From: Thermodesulfobacteriota bacterium
GTDB taxonomy: Bacteria > Desulfobacterota_D > UBA1144 > Nemesobacterales > Nemesobacteraceae
Direction of reading: 5' to 3'
Assembly (NCBI GenBank): GCA_965202785.1
Contig: OZ241855.1
Location: 96,001-160,000, forward strand
Length of the DNA stretch: 64,000 nt
Part shown: positions 46,302 to 55,368 of the stretch, piece by piece
How the letters are laid out: every line of letters begins with the position of its first letter
Position numbering within the stretch: position 1 is the stretch's first letter
Program-made: the position numbers and the translations under genes
The notes under the pieces: model-generated
Told to the model about the DNA's origin: nothing
Seen by the model: only the letters and a program-made list of their open reading frames with translations
Database searches by the model: none

Positions 46302-47573
46302 TTAACTATCGGTTCTAATCCGAAAATCCGCAGACAGCATCTTCCAGTGTTCTTTCAGCTGTTCTTTGTGAGTATGGTATGCGGGCAGGTCCTCCAGGGA
46401 TTTTGGCCACAGGGTACGCGCTTTCTCAAGCGTGTCGTCAAGGTGAGGCTTAATGGCTTTCCATGGAATACCGGCTTTGTCCGCCCAATTTTTAAAATGA
46501 CTGAAAGTCGCTTTATACCAGTCCTTGTTTTTGCTTAAATTTAACGCGTATTCCCTTTCTTCATCCATATAAACGCGGGTAACCACGATATCATAGGCGG
46601 GAGAGAGCTCCGGTGTGACTGTGTCGGGATAGACCAGGGACCAGTTTTTCAGATGAGCGTCACCGTTGGCCAGAAGAATGTTAACCAGCAGCCGTCGGGC
46701 GAACTGCTGGGTGTCTCCGAGGCCGTTGCCTGTGTACTGGTAAATGATCTTGCCTATCTGTTCGTAGTTCGGACCATCATACTTTTGCTGCGGGTACTTT
46801 ACCAGGATCTGAGCGAAGTCTTCTGAGTGAACGCGTTTCCCGCCCGAACGGTCAAACCGCCGTATCGCAAAGGCGAATTCTTCGTCGGGGAGACTGATAA
46901 CGGGGAGTTTATCCAGGGAATCCATTTCAACCAGCTTTATGTCCGGTATATCGATGCCCGCTGTCTGCGCAAGCCGCATGGCGGTGAACTCGTTTAAGGG
47001 AACAAGCTTGTGCACGGTGGACGGAGTTTTAATGATCCAGTCCCCGAGATCTCCGGATTCAGCGGTCCGGTAGCGTCCATCCCGTTCCCGCATCGAGAAT
47101 TTCATTTGCACGCCGGCCAGAGAGAATTGGGCTGGATTATCTTTTACTTCGGTTTTGGTGGCTTTTGTCCAAGGGTCCAATACGTAGCCGGGAACGTCAT
47201 CAGGCTCTGCGGCGGTAACGATCAGGGCTCCGGGCAGATCCTGTCCAAGGCGAGCTAGCAGGTTGAATTCGTTATCAGTATGGATTTTCAGATACTGTGC
47301 CAGCAATTCCCTTAACGCTCCCTCCGGCAGCAGGTTGGAGAGTACCGGATGCAGGCGTTGTCTCCTTGACCATGGCTTTGCAAGCACGTTTTTGACGTTG
47401 GGGAATTCGGGGTGCGTCGTCAGGGTGAAAGTCGGCCGTGAACTGTTCTCCGTAAACTCGGGGGCGAATGCAAGGATATTTCGACCATCACTGTAGCCTG
47501 TCAGATATCCGACCTTCGTGCCGTGCAGCGTGAGCTCTAAGACGTTGACTTCTTCCGCGCCGCTCATTGTCAT
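46302..47573 (-). CDS. hipA: HipA-family serine/threonine kinase toxin
   Basis: HipA N-terminal coupling region (NLLPEG), FSLAGVQMK, IRRFDR, SEDFAQ, NGDAHLKNWS and LSPAYD. Confidence 0.92.
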   Translation of the reverse strand: MTMSGAEEVNVLELTLHGTKVGYLTGYSDGRNILAFAPEFTENSSRPTFTLTTHPEFPNVKNVLAKPWSRRQRLHPVLSNLLPEGALRELLAQYLKIHTDNEFNLLARLGQDLPGALIVTAAEPDDVPGYVLDPWTKATKTEVKDNPAQFSLAGVQMKFSMRERDGRYRTAESGDLGDWIIKTPSTVHKLVPLNEFTAMRLAQTAGIDIPDIKLVEMDSLDKLPVISLPDEEFAFAIRRFDRSGGKRVHSEDFAQILVKYPQQKYDGPNYEQIGKIIYQYTGNGLGDTQQFARRLLVNILLANGDAHLKNWSLVYPDTVTPELSPAYDIVVTRVYMDEEREYALNLSKNKDWYKATFSHFKNWADKAGIPWKAIKPHLDDTLEKARTLWPKSLEDLPAYHTHKEQLKEHWKMLSADFRIRTDS

Positions 47574-47893
47574 TCCTCAAGTAATCCTTTCCAGGGATCA
47601 TCAGAAGCCTGCGGTTCCTTCACTGCAAGGTCGGCATTGAATTTAACGCCGGAACCTATATCGGTTTTTCCTTCCAGTATGTCGCGGACCATGCGCAGTT
47701 TTTCCTGCGGGATAAGCAGAACCTCCATCCTGAGCCCCTTGGCAACCAGTTCAAGGGTGTCCAGGCGGGGATTGCCCCTTGACTCCAGCCTCTGATACTG
47801 CTGTCTTGACATGCCGAAGCGCAACATCATATCTTCTTGTTTCAGGTTGAGGTCTTTTCTGCGACTTTTAATTTGATTGAGTATTCTGCTCAT
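47570..47893 (-). CDS. hipB: HipB-like XRE antitoxin
   Basis: HTH segment LKQEDM...GMSRQQYQRLESRGNPRLDTL. Overlaps hipA by 4 nt. Confidence 0.85.
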   Translation of the reverse strand: MSRILNQIKSRRKDLNLKQEDMMLRFGMSRQQYQRLESRGNPRLDTLELVAKGLRMEVLLIPQEKLRMVRDILEGKTDIGSGVKFNADLAVKEPQASDDPWKGLLEE

Positions 47894-47911
47894 TCCAGTT
47901 TTTTCTCCAGA

Positions 47912-47927
47912 TTATCTTTGCAGATAA
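47912..47927. promoter_or_regulatory. possible HipB operator
   Basis: TTATCT-TTGC-AGATAA palindrome about 20 bp upstream of hipB. Confidence 0.4.
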
Positions 47928-48069
47928 AGAGGCTGCTTTTAACAGTTATAGCAATATATTAATTTCTTTTTTAATTAATTGCAATAAACAAACTGTTTTT
48001 ATTTAAAAAAGAATTGCATATGTTTCCTTTTTGGTTGGAGCAAGATTGATTTCCAACTATTTTACTGTG

Positions 48070-48120
48070 TGCGGATGTTTCATCGCATGACGTCTCAATC
48101 CCCAGAATGAGATGAGACAT
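48070..48120 (-). pseudogene. tsaD: 5' fragment of tsaD (Kae1/YgjD)
   Basis: ATG at 48120 encodes MSHLILGIETSCDETSA, the conserved TsaD N-terminus, then runs into AT-rich non-homologous sequence. Confidence 0.8.
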
Positions 48121-48185
48121 AAACCGAACCTTTAAGTGAACTGGATAATTACTTTGCCTAGGTGTCCGATTTAGCGAAGGGTGCG

Positions 48186-48320
48186 CTAAAGTAGGGGTGT
48201 TTGCGCTTTTTGGGGTTTGGTTTCCGCAGCGAAAGCGGGGGAACTGTGACTTCCGCGCACAGGAATGGCGCAGGAGACAAGAAGCAGCAATGGCAGAATG
48301 AGAAGATAAGCTTTTCTCAT
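48186..48320 (-). pseudogene. truncated paralogue of the 45443-45916 lipoprotein gene (44 aa)
   Basis: MRKAYLLILPLLLLVSCAIPVRGSHSSPAFAAETKPQKAQTPLL* compared with MRKSYLFVLPLLLLFASCAVPVRGSD. Confidence 0.7.
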
Positions 48321-48370
48321 GGAGCGGAAATTGGGGGTCCTCTGAATGATCTAAGAAGCTAAATGAGAAA
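48256..48370. repeat. diverged direct repeat, copy 2
   Basis: Matches 45849-45966. Confidence 0.9.
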
Positions 48371-48497
48371 AATGAAGTTCCGGGAACATGCAACGCGGTT
48401 TTCTTTCCTCACATGGCGGCGGTTGCGAATTGGAACCCGTTGCGGGTATCCTGCTTGGGAAAAAAGAAAACAGATACAGAGAAAAGAGAAAACTATC

Positions 48498-49370
48498 ATG
48501 AAAAGCATGACGGGTTTCGCGGAATCATCCGTAAACACGGAAATCGGAAAGATCATGGTGGACATGCGGTCGGAGAACCACAGGTTCCTTGATGTTAAGG
48601 CCAGCGTTCCCGAATCGTTAGTCCACATGGAAACCGCCATTGAAGACAGGCTGAAGAACTCTATTCAGAGGGGAAAGCTTCGCCTCAGGCTTTCCCTGCA
48701 GGCAAACAGAAAGGAAAGACAGCGGTTATCCGAAAAGGTTCTCCGGGAAAACCACAGCTCCCTTAAAAGAATCAATTCCGCCCTGGGACTTAAAGCGGAG
48801 ATAGGGATTGAGCACCTGCTCATGATGGAGAACTCCTTTGAAAGTCACACCGGACCAGAGGTCTCAAGGCAGACGGAAGCCAGGATCAAGGAAGCGGTCG
48901 CAAAAGTGCTGGTAAAGTTCAACAGAAGCCGGGAGGTCGAGGGGCAGAAACTTGAAAAGGCAATACTCGGGCGGCTTGAGATCATAAAAAAGACGGTTGA
49001 CGGCGTAAAGAAGAAAAGAAAGGAATTCATAAAGAAATCCGATAAGAAAACAAAAGAGAAAATCGAGAAGATCTTCTCCTCAAAGCACAAAGACGACCCT
49101 ATCCTCTCACAGGAAGCCGCGGCAATAATCACGGAGAAAAGCGAAATTGACGAGGAAATCGTGAGGCTAGAGGCTCATATCTCGAAGTTCAGGAAAACCG
49201 CCAAGAAAAAGGGGCCAGTAGGGAAAGAGCTTGACTTTCTGGTTCAGGAAATGAACAGGGAGGCGGGAACGATATCAGCAAAATGCAAGGACGCGGGGAT
49301 CTCGCACCTTACCATAGGCATACGCCTTGAACTCGAGAAAATACGGGAACAGATTCAGAATATAGAGTAG
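48498..49370 (+). CDS. yicC: YicC/YloC family endoribonuclease
   Basis: MKSMTGF, RSENHRFLD, EEIVRLEAH, GKELDFLVQEMNRE and EKIREQIQNIE. Confidence 0.92.
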   Translation: MKSMTGFAESSVNTEIGKIMVDMRSENHRFLDVKASVPESLVHMETAIEDRLKNSIQRGKLRLRLSLQANRKERQRLSEKVLRENHSSLKRINSALGLKAEIGIEHLLMMENSFESHTGPEVSRQTEARIKEAVAKVLVKFNRSREVEGQKLEKAILGRLEIIKKTVDGVKKKRKEFIKKSDKKTKEKIEKIFSSKHKDDPILSQEAAAIITEKSEIDEEIVRLEAHISKFRKTAKKKGPVGKELDFLVQEMNREAGTISAKCKDAGISHLTIGIRLELEKIREQIQNIE

Positions 49371-49444
49371 AGTCACGCCCGGACCTGCTGTCACGGGGCG
49401 CAGCACAGGCGCCGGCCGGTAAAGCCCGGAGACCGGTTTGCCCG

Positions 49445-49903
49445 CTACTTCTCATAAACGCTCACCACCGGTCGGATTTTCGTTTTCCGAAGAGCCTGAC
49501 GCGCAAGCTTCGTTCGCAGGTAAGCGGCGGAAGTGTCCTCTCCTTTTCTTATGGCTTCCCGACGTTCTTTCTCCTGGACCAGAGCGCATTCCCTGCATCG
49601 ACTGCAAAGACCGACAGACCTGCAGGGGTCGGAATGGAATTCCGACACGGGAAGTTTTCGCCAGCACCAGGAACAAACGTGATGACCGCTGGCCTTGCGG
49701 GGATACTTGCGTCTCTCCCGCCGGTTCCTTTTTTTCGACCACCTGTTGTTAGACAGCGACGCCGCCTGGGGATTCAAGTTGATCTGCCTCCCCTCAATAT
49801 ATCTGTTTATCGGTTTTTCAAGCTGCATGATCTGCTCTTTTTCTTCCCGGTCGGCAGCCCCCTGCTCGCGACAGTGCGAGAGGATCTCCACAGTCGGCTT
49901 CAT
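49445..49903 (-). CDS. basic hypothetical protein with CxxC...CxxC zinc-binding motif
   Basis: CSWCWRKLPVSEFHSD...GLCSRCREC. The start is uncertain. Confidence 0.55.
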   Translation of the reverse strand: MKPTVEILSHCREQGAADREEKEQIMQLEKPINRYIEGRQINLNPQAASLSNNRWSKKRNRRERRKYPRKASGHHVCSWCWRKLPVSEFHSDPCRSVGLCSRCRECALVQEKERREAIRKGEDTSAAYLRTKLARQALRKTKIRPVVSVYEK

Positions 49904-50344
49904 TATCAGAAGCTTGCTGTGTAAAATCGAGTTGCATGGGCTCAATCTGCGGTGCTGCGAGAGCCGGAAGGAAATCGGTTTTCTTGTTTGACCAACGTAA
50001 GCTGACCCATCAGGAAAGCTGATTTTATATACCTTTATAATTGGTTCGTCCTTTCCGTGCGGTGGATTGCCGGAGACGCATATTATTCCAATTTATAAAG
50101 TAATTTCAATATGATACGAAACAGTCAGTCCTAGAAATTGCCGGTCGATCCACCGTCCTGGACCCAGCGGGAATTCTTTGGGGACCGCCGCGGGCAGATT
50201 TCACGAGAGAGTGTTTCGGGACTGTGAAAAATCCTTCGCCGTCCCTATAAACCCGGGACAGAAGACTTTGAAAAAACGAACCGGGCATGTTATAGTACGC
50301 CCTCATTTGAAAAACGATGAAGCCCTCCAGGGAGAACCGGGAAA

Positions 50345-51214
50345 ATAAGCATTCTTGTAAATAAAGACTCAAAAGTCCTCGTGCAGGGGATAACGGGAAG
50401 CGCCGGGCTTTTCCACGCGACCCAGTGCCGCGAATACGGAACCAACGTCGTTGGCGGCGTCACTCCGGGAAAAGGCGGGAGCAGCGTCGAGGGATTCCCG
50501 GTCTTCGACACCATGGATGAAGCCGTGCGGGAAACCGGGGCGGACGTCTCTCTTGTGTTCGTTCCAGCGGCGTTTGCGATGGATTCGATGCTTGAGGCCC
50601 TTGATTCCGGCATTGAGATCGTAATCTGCATAACCGAGGGAATACCCACCCTGGACGTTGTGAGAGTAAAGGAGTACATGAGGGGCTCTCCAGCAAGACT
50701 TGTGGGACCCAACTGCCCGGGAGTAATAACCCCCGGGGAGGCCAAGGTGGGGATAATGCCCGGGTACATACATAAACCCGGAAGAGTGGGAATAATCTCA
50801 AGAAGCGGAACCCTCACCTACGAAGCCGTCTGGCAGCTTACCAATCTCGACATAGGGCAGTCGACGTGCATCGGCATAGGAGGCGACCCCGTTATCGGAA
50901 CCACGTTTATCGACGCGCTCTCGCTCTTTGAGAACGATCCCGACACAGACGCGGTGATAATGATAGGGGAAATCGGGGGGTCCGACGAAGAAGAGGCGGC
51001 CGAATACATAAGCGGGAACTTCACTAAGCCCATAGCCGCATTCATCGCGGGAGCCACGGCGCCCAAGGGGAAAAGAATGGGCCACGCGGGAGCCATTATT
51101 TCAGGGAGTTCGGGAAGCGCCGAGGACAAGTTCCAGGCACTCGAGCGCGCCGGAGTCACCACCTGCAAGAGCCCGGCCGAGATGGGAGAAGCGCTTAAAA
51201 GCGTAATCTCGTAA
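50345..51214 (+). CDS. sucD: succinyl-CoA synthetase alpha subunit
   Basis: (ATA)[38 protein letters not shown] and RMGHAGA. Confidence 0.95.
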   Translation: MSILVNKDSKVLVQGITGSAGLFHATQCREYGTNVVGGVTPGKGGSSVEGFPVFDTMDEAVRETGADVSLVFVPAAFAMDSMLEALDSGIEIVICITEGIPTLDVVRVKEYMRGSPARLVGPNCPGVITPGEAKVGIMPGYIHKPGRVGIISRSGTLTYEAVWQLTNLDIGQSTCIGIGGDPVIGTTFIDALSLFENDPDTDAVIMIGEIGGSDEEEAAEYISGNFTKPIAAFIAGATAPKGKRMGHAGAIISGSSGSAEDKFQALERAGVTTCKSPAEMGEALKSVIS

Positions 51215-51292
51215 CGCGCCCAAGACTTGACCGCCACTGCGAATCCTGCCCCTCACGCGGGTAATCCTTAAATTGGTTATCATTTTGCCCGT

Positions 51293-53899
51293 ATGGAACC
51301 AAAACTTTTCGAACTCGAGATCTTCAACAACCTTCTCGGAACAATCGCCGAGGAGATGGGTTCTGTTCTCGTAAGGGCGGGATTCTCCCCCAACATAAAG
51401 GAAAGAAGGGACCTTTCCTGCGCCATATTCAACTCAGACGGAGAAATGATCGCCCAGGCCGCCCATATCCCCATACACCTGGGATCAATGTCGTTTGCCG
51501 CAAGATCGGTAGCGACGGAGAATTTATCCCCGGGAGACGTTTTCATACTTAACGATCCTTTCCGCGGCGGAACGCATCTTCCGGACGTAACGTGCGTAGC
51601 GCCCGTGTTCGTCGACGGGAAGCCCGAGTTTCTGCTCGCCTCGCGAGCCCACCACGCTGACATAGGGGGCGACACCCCGGGGTCCATGCCGCTTTCAACA
51701 ACAATCCACGAAGAGGGAATCATAATACCCCCGACAAGAATACGGGAAGAGGGAATACTCAAAGAAACCCTGCTTCAGGAAATAATCCTCTCGACCAGGG
51801 ATCATGAGGAAAGAGAGGGGGATCTTCGGGCGCAGATAGCCTCGCTTGATACCGGGGAGAGAAGGATGCTGGAACTGCTCGAAAAATATTCTCTTTCGAA
51901 AATAAACCAGGCCGCTTCCGGGCTTCTTGACTACGGGGAGAGGCTCATGAGAAACGCCATAGAGAAAATACCGGACGGCGATTACGTCTTCACTGACTAC
52001 CTTGAAGACGACGGAGCGGGAACGAGGAATATACCGATACAGGTAAAGATAGAAATAAGCGGGGACGCTGCGGTAGTGGATTTCAGAGGAAGCTCGAAAA
52101 AGGTAAAAGGATGTCTTAACGCTCCCCTCAGCGTAACCACCTCCGCGGTTCTTTACTGTTTTCAGTGTCTCTCGGGCGAAGACACTCCCCTTAACTCGGG
52201 AACCCTGAGACCGATTGAAATCAGAGTCGATGAGGACTCGATTCTTAACGCCAGGTACCCGAGCGCGGTCGTCGGCGGAAACGTCGAGACGTCCCAGAGG
52301 ATAGTGGACGTGGTGTTCGGAGCGCTCGCGGAGGCAATACCCGAAACGATACAGGCGGCAAGCGCGGGAACAATGAGCAACCTCGCGTTCGGCTCGCCGC
52401 AAGACGCGCCTTCCGATGCCTCCTACGCCTACTACGAAACCATAGCCGGCGGAATGGGAGGACGGTCGGGCGCGGGAGGAGCAAACGCAGTGCACACGCA
52501 CATGACAAACACGCTCAACACCCCCGTTGAGGCAATCGAGAGGGAACTTCCCGTAATGGTGGAATCATACTCCGTAAGAAAGGGGTCAGGAGGCGCCGGC
52601 AGGTTCCCGGGCGGGGACGGAATCATAAGGCAGTACAGGTTCCTTGAGGACTCTCATCTCTCCCTCATAACCGAGAGAAGGGAGAAGCGGCCCTGGGGAG
52701 CCCGAGGCGGAGAAGACGGAGCGAGCGGGCGAAACACGCTTGTTTCGGGTGGGGAAGAAAAAAAACTGCCCGCGAAGTGCTCTATTTCGGTAAAGGCCGG
52801 AGAGGCGGTGAGAATCGAGACTCCGGGAGGGGGAGGATGGGGAGAGCCCGTCCCGGCTAATTTTTTCACCATCGACGCTCACCAGGACATAGCCTTTCAC
52901 ATTCGCCACTACAAAAGGGACTTCGAGAATCCCGAGGTTCCCTGCATGATAACCCTGCCCGGACTCAAGGAGAGCGGGGCAAGGGTTGTTTTCAACACCG
53001 TTTTCATACACCCGAAGCACAAACCCGCGGGTTCCGTCGCAGAAGCCATGGCCCAGCTTGACGTGTACGACGGCATATACAGAGAACACTCGGAAAGCGT
53101 CTTTCAGATAAAAGACAGACGGGATATAGACAGACTGCTGGAAGGCAAAAAAATCGGATTTTTCACTCTCATGGAAGGAGCGGACCCGATCTTGAACCCG
53201 CAGCATCTTCTTGAATACCAAAAAAGGGGCGTCCGAGCCCTCGGCCTTTCCTGGAACAACAGGAACATCTACGCTTCCGGGCCCGAAAGCAGCAAAGGGC
53301 TATCCGATCAGGGAAAGGAGCTTCTGCGGCAGATGAACGCCTTGGGCATCACGCTTGATCTCTCCCACCTTAACGAGAAATGTTTCTGGGAGAGCGTGGA
53401 GCTAACCGAGCTCATACCCGTTGCGACCCACTCAAACTCAAGAGCGCTTGTTGATCATCCCAGAAACCTGCGTGACGAGCAGCTTCGCGCCATCTCCGAG
53501 AGAGGCGGGGTAATCGGGGTTGTTTTCTACGGAAAATTTCTAAGAAAGGCGGAAGGATGCGCCACCCTCGAAGACATATACGCTCACATAGACCACATTA
53601 TAAGCGTCTGCGGCGAGGACCACGTGGGAGTGGGAACCGACATGCGGCGAGGACCACGTGGGAGTGGGAACCGACATGGACGGAGCGCCGGTAAAGGATT
53701 TCCCGGAAGAAATGAGACACATATCGGAACTCCCGGCACTTCCCGAGTATCTCCTCGGCAAGGGATATCCGAGGGGGGTTGTGGAGAAAATAATCGTCGG
53801 AAGGGATATCCGAGGGGGGTTGTGGAGAAAATAATGGGAATGAACTTCCTTCGGGTAATAAAAACGAACCTCGAAGAGGCACCGGACGACATAGAATAA
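51293..53899 (+). CDS. hydantoinase B/5-oxoprolinase domain fused to M19 membrane dipeptidase (C-terminus disturbed by duplications)
   Basis: SPNIKERRD, HIPIHLG, GGTHLPD, GNVETSQR and ETPGGGGWG, followed by IDAHQD, MEGAD, DLSHLN, ATHSN, HPRNL and HVGVGTD. Confidence 0.85.
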   Translation: MEPKLFELEIFNNLLGTIAEEMGSVLVRAGFSPNIKERRDLSCAIFNSDGEMIAQAAHIPIHLGSMSFAARSVATENLSPGDVFILNDPFRGGTHLPDVTCVAPVFVDGKPEFLLASRAHHADIGGDTPGSMPLSTTIHEEGIIIPPTRIREEGILKETLLQEIILSTRDHEEREGDLRAQIASLDTGERRMLELLEKYSLSKINQAASGLLDYGERLMRNAIEKIPDGDYVFTDYLEDDGAGTRNIPIQVKIEISGDAAVVDFRGSSKKVKGCLNAPLSVTTSAVLYCFQCLSGEDTPLNSGTLRPIEIRVDEDSILNARYPSAVVGGNVETSQRIVDVVFGALAEAIPETIQAASAGTMSNLAFGSPQDAPSDASYAYYETIAGGMGGRSGAGGANAVHTHMTNTLNTPVEAIERELPVMVESYSVRKGSGGAGRFPGGDGIIRQYRFLEDSHLSLITERREKRPWGARGGEDGASGRNTLVSGGEEKKLPAKCSISVKAGEAVRIETPGGGGWGEPVPANFFTIDAHQDIAFHIRHYKRDFENPEVPCMITLPGLKESGARVVFNTVFIHPKHKPAGSVAEAMAQLDVYDGIYREHSESVFQIKDRRDIDRLLEGKKIGFFTLMEGADPILNPQHLLEYQKRGVRALGLSWNNRNIYASGPESSKGLSDQGKELLRQMNALGITLDLSHLNEKCFWESVELTELIPVATHSNSRALVDHPRNLRDEQLRAISERGGVIGVVFYGKFLRKAEGCATLEDIYAHIDHIISVCGEDHVGVGTDMRRGPRGSGNRHGRSAGKGFPGRNETHIGTPGTSRVSPRQGISEGGCGENNRRKGYPRGVVEKIMGMNFLRVIKTNLEEAPDDIE
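53609..53676. repeat. perfect tandem duplication, 2 x 34 bp
   Basis: TGCGGCGAGGACCACGTGGGAGTGGGAACCGACA occurs twice. Confidence 0.95.
53760..53835. repeat. 35 bp duplication with 6 bp spacer (41 bp period)
   Basis: AAGGGATATCCGAGGGGGGTTGTGGAGAAAATAAT, then CGTCGG, then the same 35-mer. Confidence 0.95.
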
Positions 53900-53994
53900 C
53901 GTGTCGCCGATTTTTCCGTTAATTTCTTTATCCAGAGCGGATACTTGCCGATTTTCCTCTTAGAGAGGCAACGAAGCGCTTACAGCGAAGACCG

Positions 53995-54417
53995 TCAGCC
54001 CAGGTTTATCCTGTACCTTCCTGGACCGGAAATCATCAACACCACGTAGACGAAAAGATATTCAATCGCGTGTGAAGCCCCCTGCCATCCCGCCGCGGGT
54101 GACTCCTCCGGAAGATACAGGTGAAAGAGAACCGCTACGATCATGTTAACGGACAGAAGAAAAGTCGCAGGCATAAAGAAAATCCCCGCGATTATGAAAG
54201 CCGAGCAGAAAGACTCGGCAAAAGCCGCCATAAAGCCCCAGAAAACCGGATAAAAATCAATGCCGAAGGTCTGCAGTGACCCCCCGACTTTAGCCCATCT
54301 TTCGGGACCCCCGATCAGTTTCCCGTAGCCGTGAAAAATAAGCATCGAGAAGCCGAAACCCACTCTGAGCAGAAAAATTCCTAAATCCCAGTCCCTGTCT
54401 CTGCCGTAACTTAACAT
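53995..54417 (-). CDS. DoxX family membrane protein
   Basis: LLRVGFG...HGYGKL...AAFAE...GPGRYRI. Confidence 0.85.
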   Translation of the reverse strand: MLSYGRDRDWDLGIFLLRVGFGFSMLIFHGYGKLIGGPERWAKVGGSLQTFGIDFYPVFWGFMAAFAESFCSAFIIAGIFFMPATFLLSVNMIVAVLFHLYLPEESPAAGWQGASHAIEYLFVYVVLMISGPGRYRINLG

Positions 54418-54487
54418 ACCGTATACTCTATACTAAGAAGATTTGTTAGACAAGGTTTCCTTCAACAAACCGAACCGAACAGTCCTA

Positions 54488-55288
54488 TTAGACAAGATCT
54501 TCCCCGCCGTCAACCCCTATCACGTTACCCGTGATCCAGGATGCTTCGTCAAGAGAGAGAAGCGCGATGGCTTTTGCCACGTCTTCAGGTGTCGTCAGTC
54601 TTCCCGAAGGGTTTGCCGCGAGAGCGTGACCGATGAGCTTATCGTTTCCCGGGATCTTTCTCAGCGCGGGAGTGTCCGTCACTCCAGCCATTACTGAATT
54701 AGCGGTAATGCCGTTTGGAGCGAGTTCAACGGCAAGCTGCCGTATGTGGGCCTCTATGGCCGCCTTGGCGGCCGATACCGCACCGTAAGTAGGCCATACC
54801 CTGTGACTCCCCGAGCTCGTCATGGCGAATATTCTCCCGCCCTCGCCCATTAACCCTTCCATAACAAGGTCCTGGGCCCAGTAAACGATGCTGTGGGCCA
54901 TCACGTCCAGGGTCATGTCAATGTTCCTGCTGTTAAGAACGTCCCTGCGTTCATCCGCAACGTAGCGTTTGAGCGTCCCGAAAGCTACAGAATGTATCAT
55001 CACCTTCACCCGGGATTCATCCTGCCCCACCACGTCCTTCATGTCCGCAATAACTTCCTGTCTTTTCTCAGCGTCGGCCACGTTCACGTTGTAGAACCTG
55101 ACATCGCTTCCCGTAGCCTTTATTTCCTCAACTATGCCCTCCACCTTCGCCATCGTGCCCCTGCGGTCAAGGTGCACGCCGAAAATATTCATTCCCCGGC
55201 GCGCAAGCTCAAGGCTGCAGGCCTCCCCGAAGCCGCTTGAAGAGCCGAGAACAAGCGCCCAGCTACCTTTAATAGAATTCTCAAACAA
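54488..55288 (-). CDS. SDR oxidoreductase, enoyl-ACP reductase (FabL/FabI)-like
   Basis: LGSSSGFG, YGAVSAAK, TDTPAL and ITGNVIGVDGG. Confidence 0.85.
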   Translation of the reverse strand: MFENSIKGSWALVLGSSSGFGEACSLELARRGMNIFGVHLDRRGTMAKVEGIVEEIKATGSDVRFYNVNVADAEKRQEVIADMKDVVGQDESRVKVMIHSVAFGTLKRYVADERRDVLNSRNIDMTLDVMAHSIVYWAQDLVMEGLMGEGGRIFAMTSSGSHRVWPTYGAVSAAKAAIEAHIRQLAVELAPNGITANSVMAGVTDTPALRKIPGNDKLIGHALAANPSGRLTTPEDVAKAIALLSLDEASWITGNVIGVDGGEDLV

Positions 55289-55368
55289 TCTACGCTACCT
55301 CTCTAGATATCGAATTTAAGAAAGTGGAATCGTACACGATTCCCCCTCTTTTTTCTAAACCGGAAAGA

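Noticed and set aside
47971-48393. 140 aa minus-strand ORF spanning the repeat and the tsaD fragment
   Set aside because: A chance read-through joining repeat DNA, the tsaD fragment and AT-rich spacer.
53609-53835. Repeat-spacer-like pattern suggesting CRISPR
   Set aside because: Two unrelated duplications of coding sequence, with no spacer array and no cas genes.
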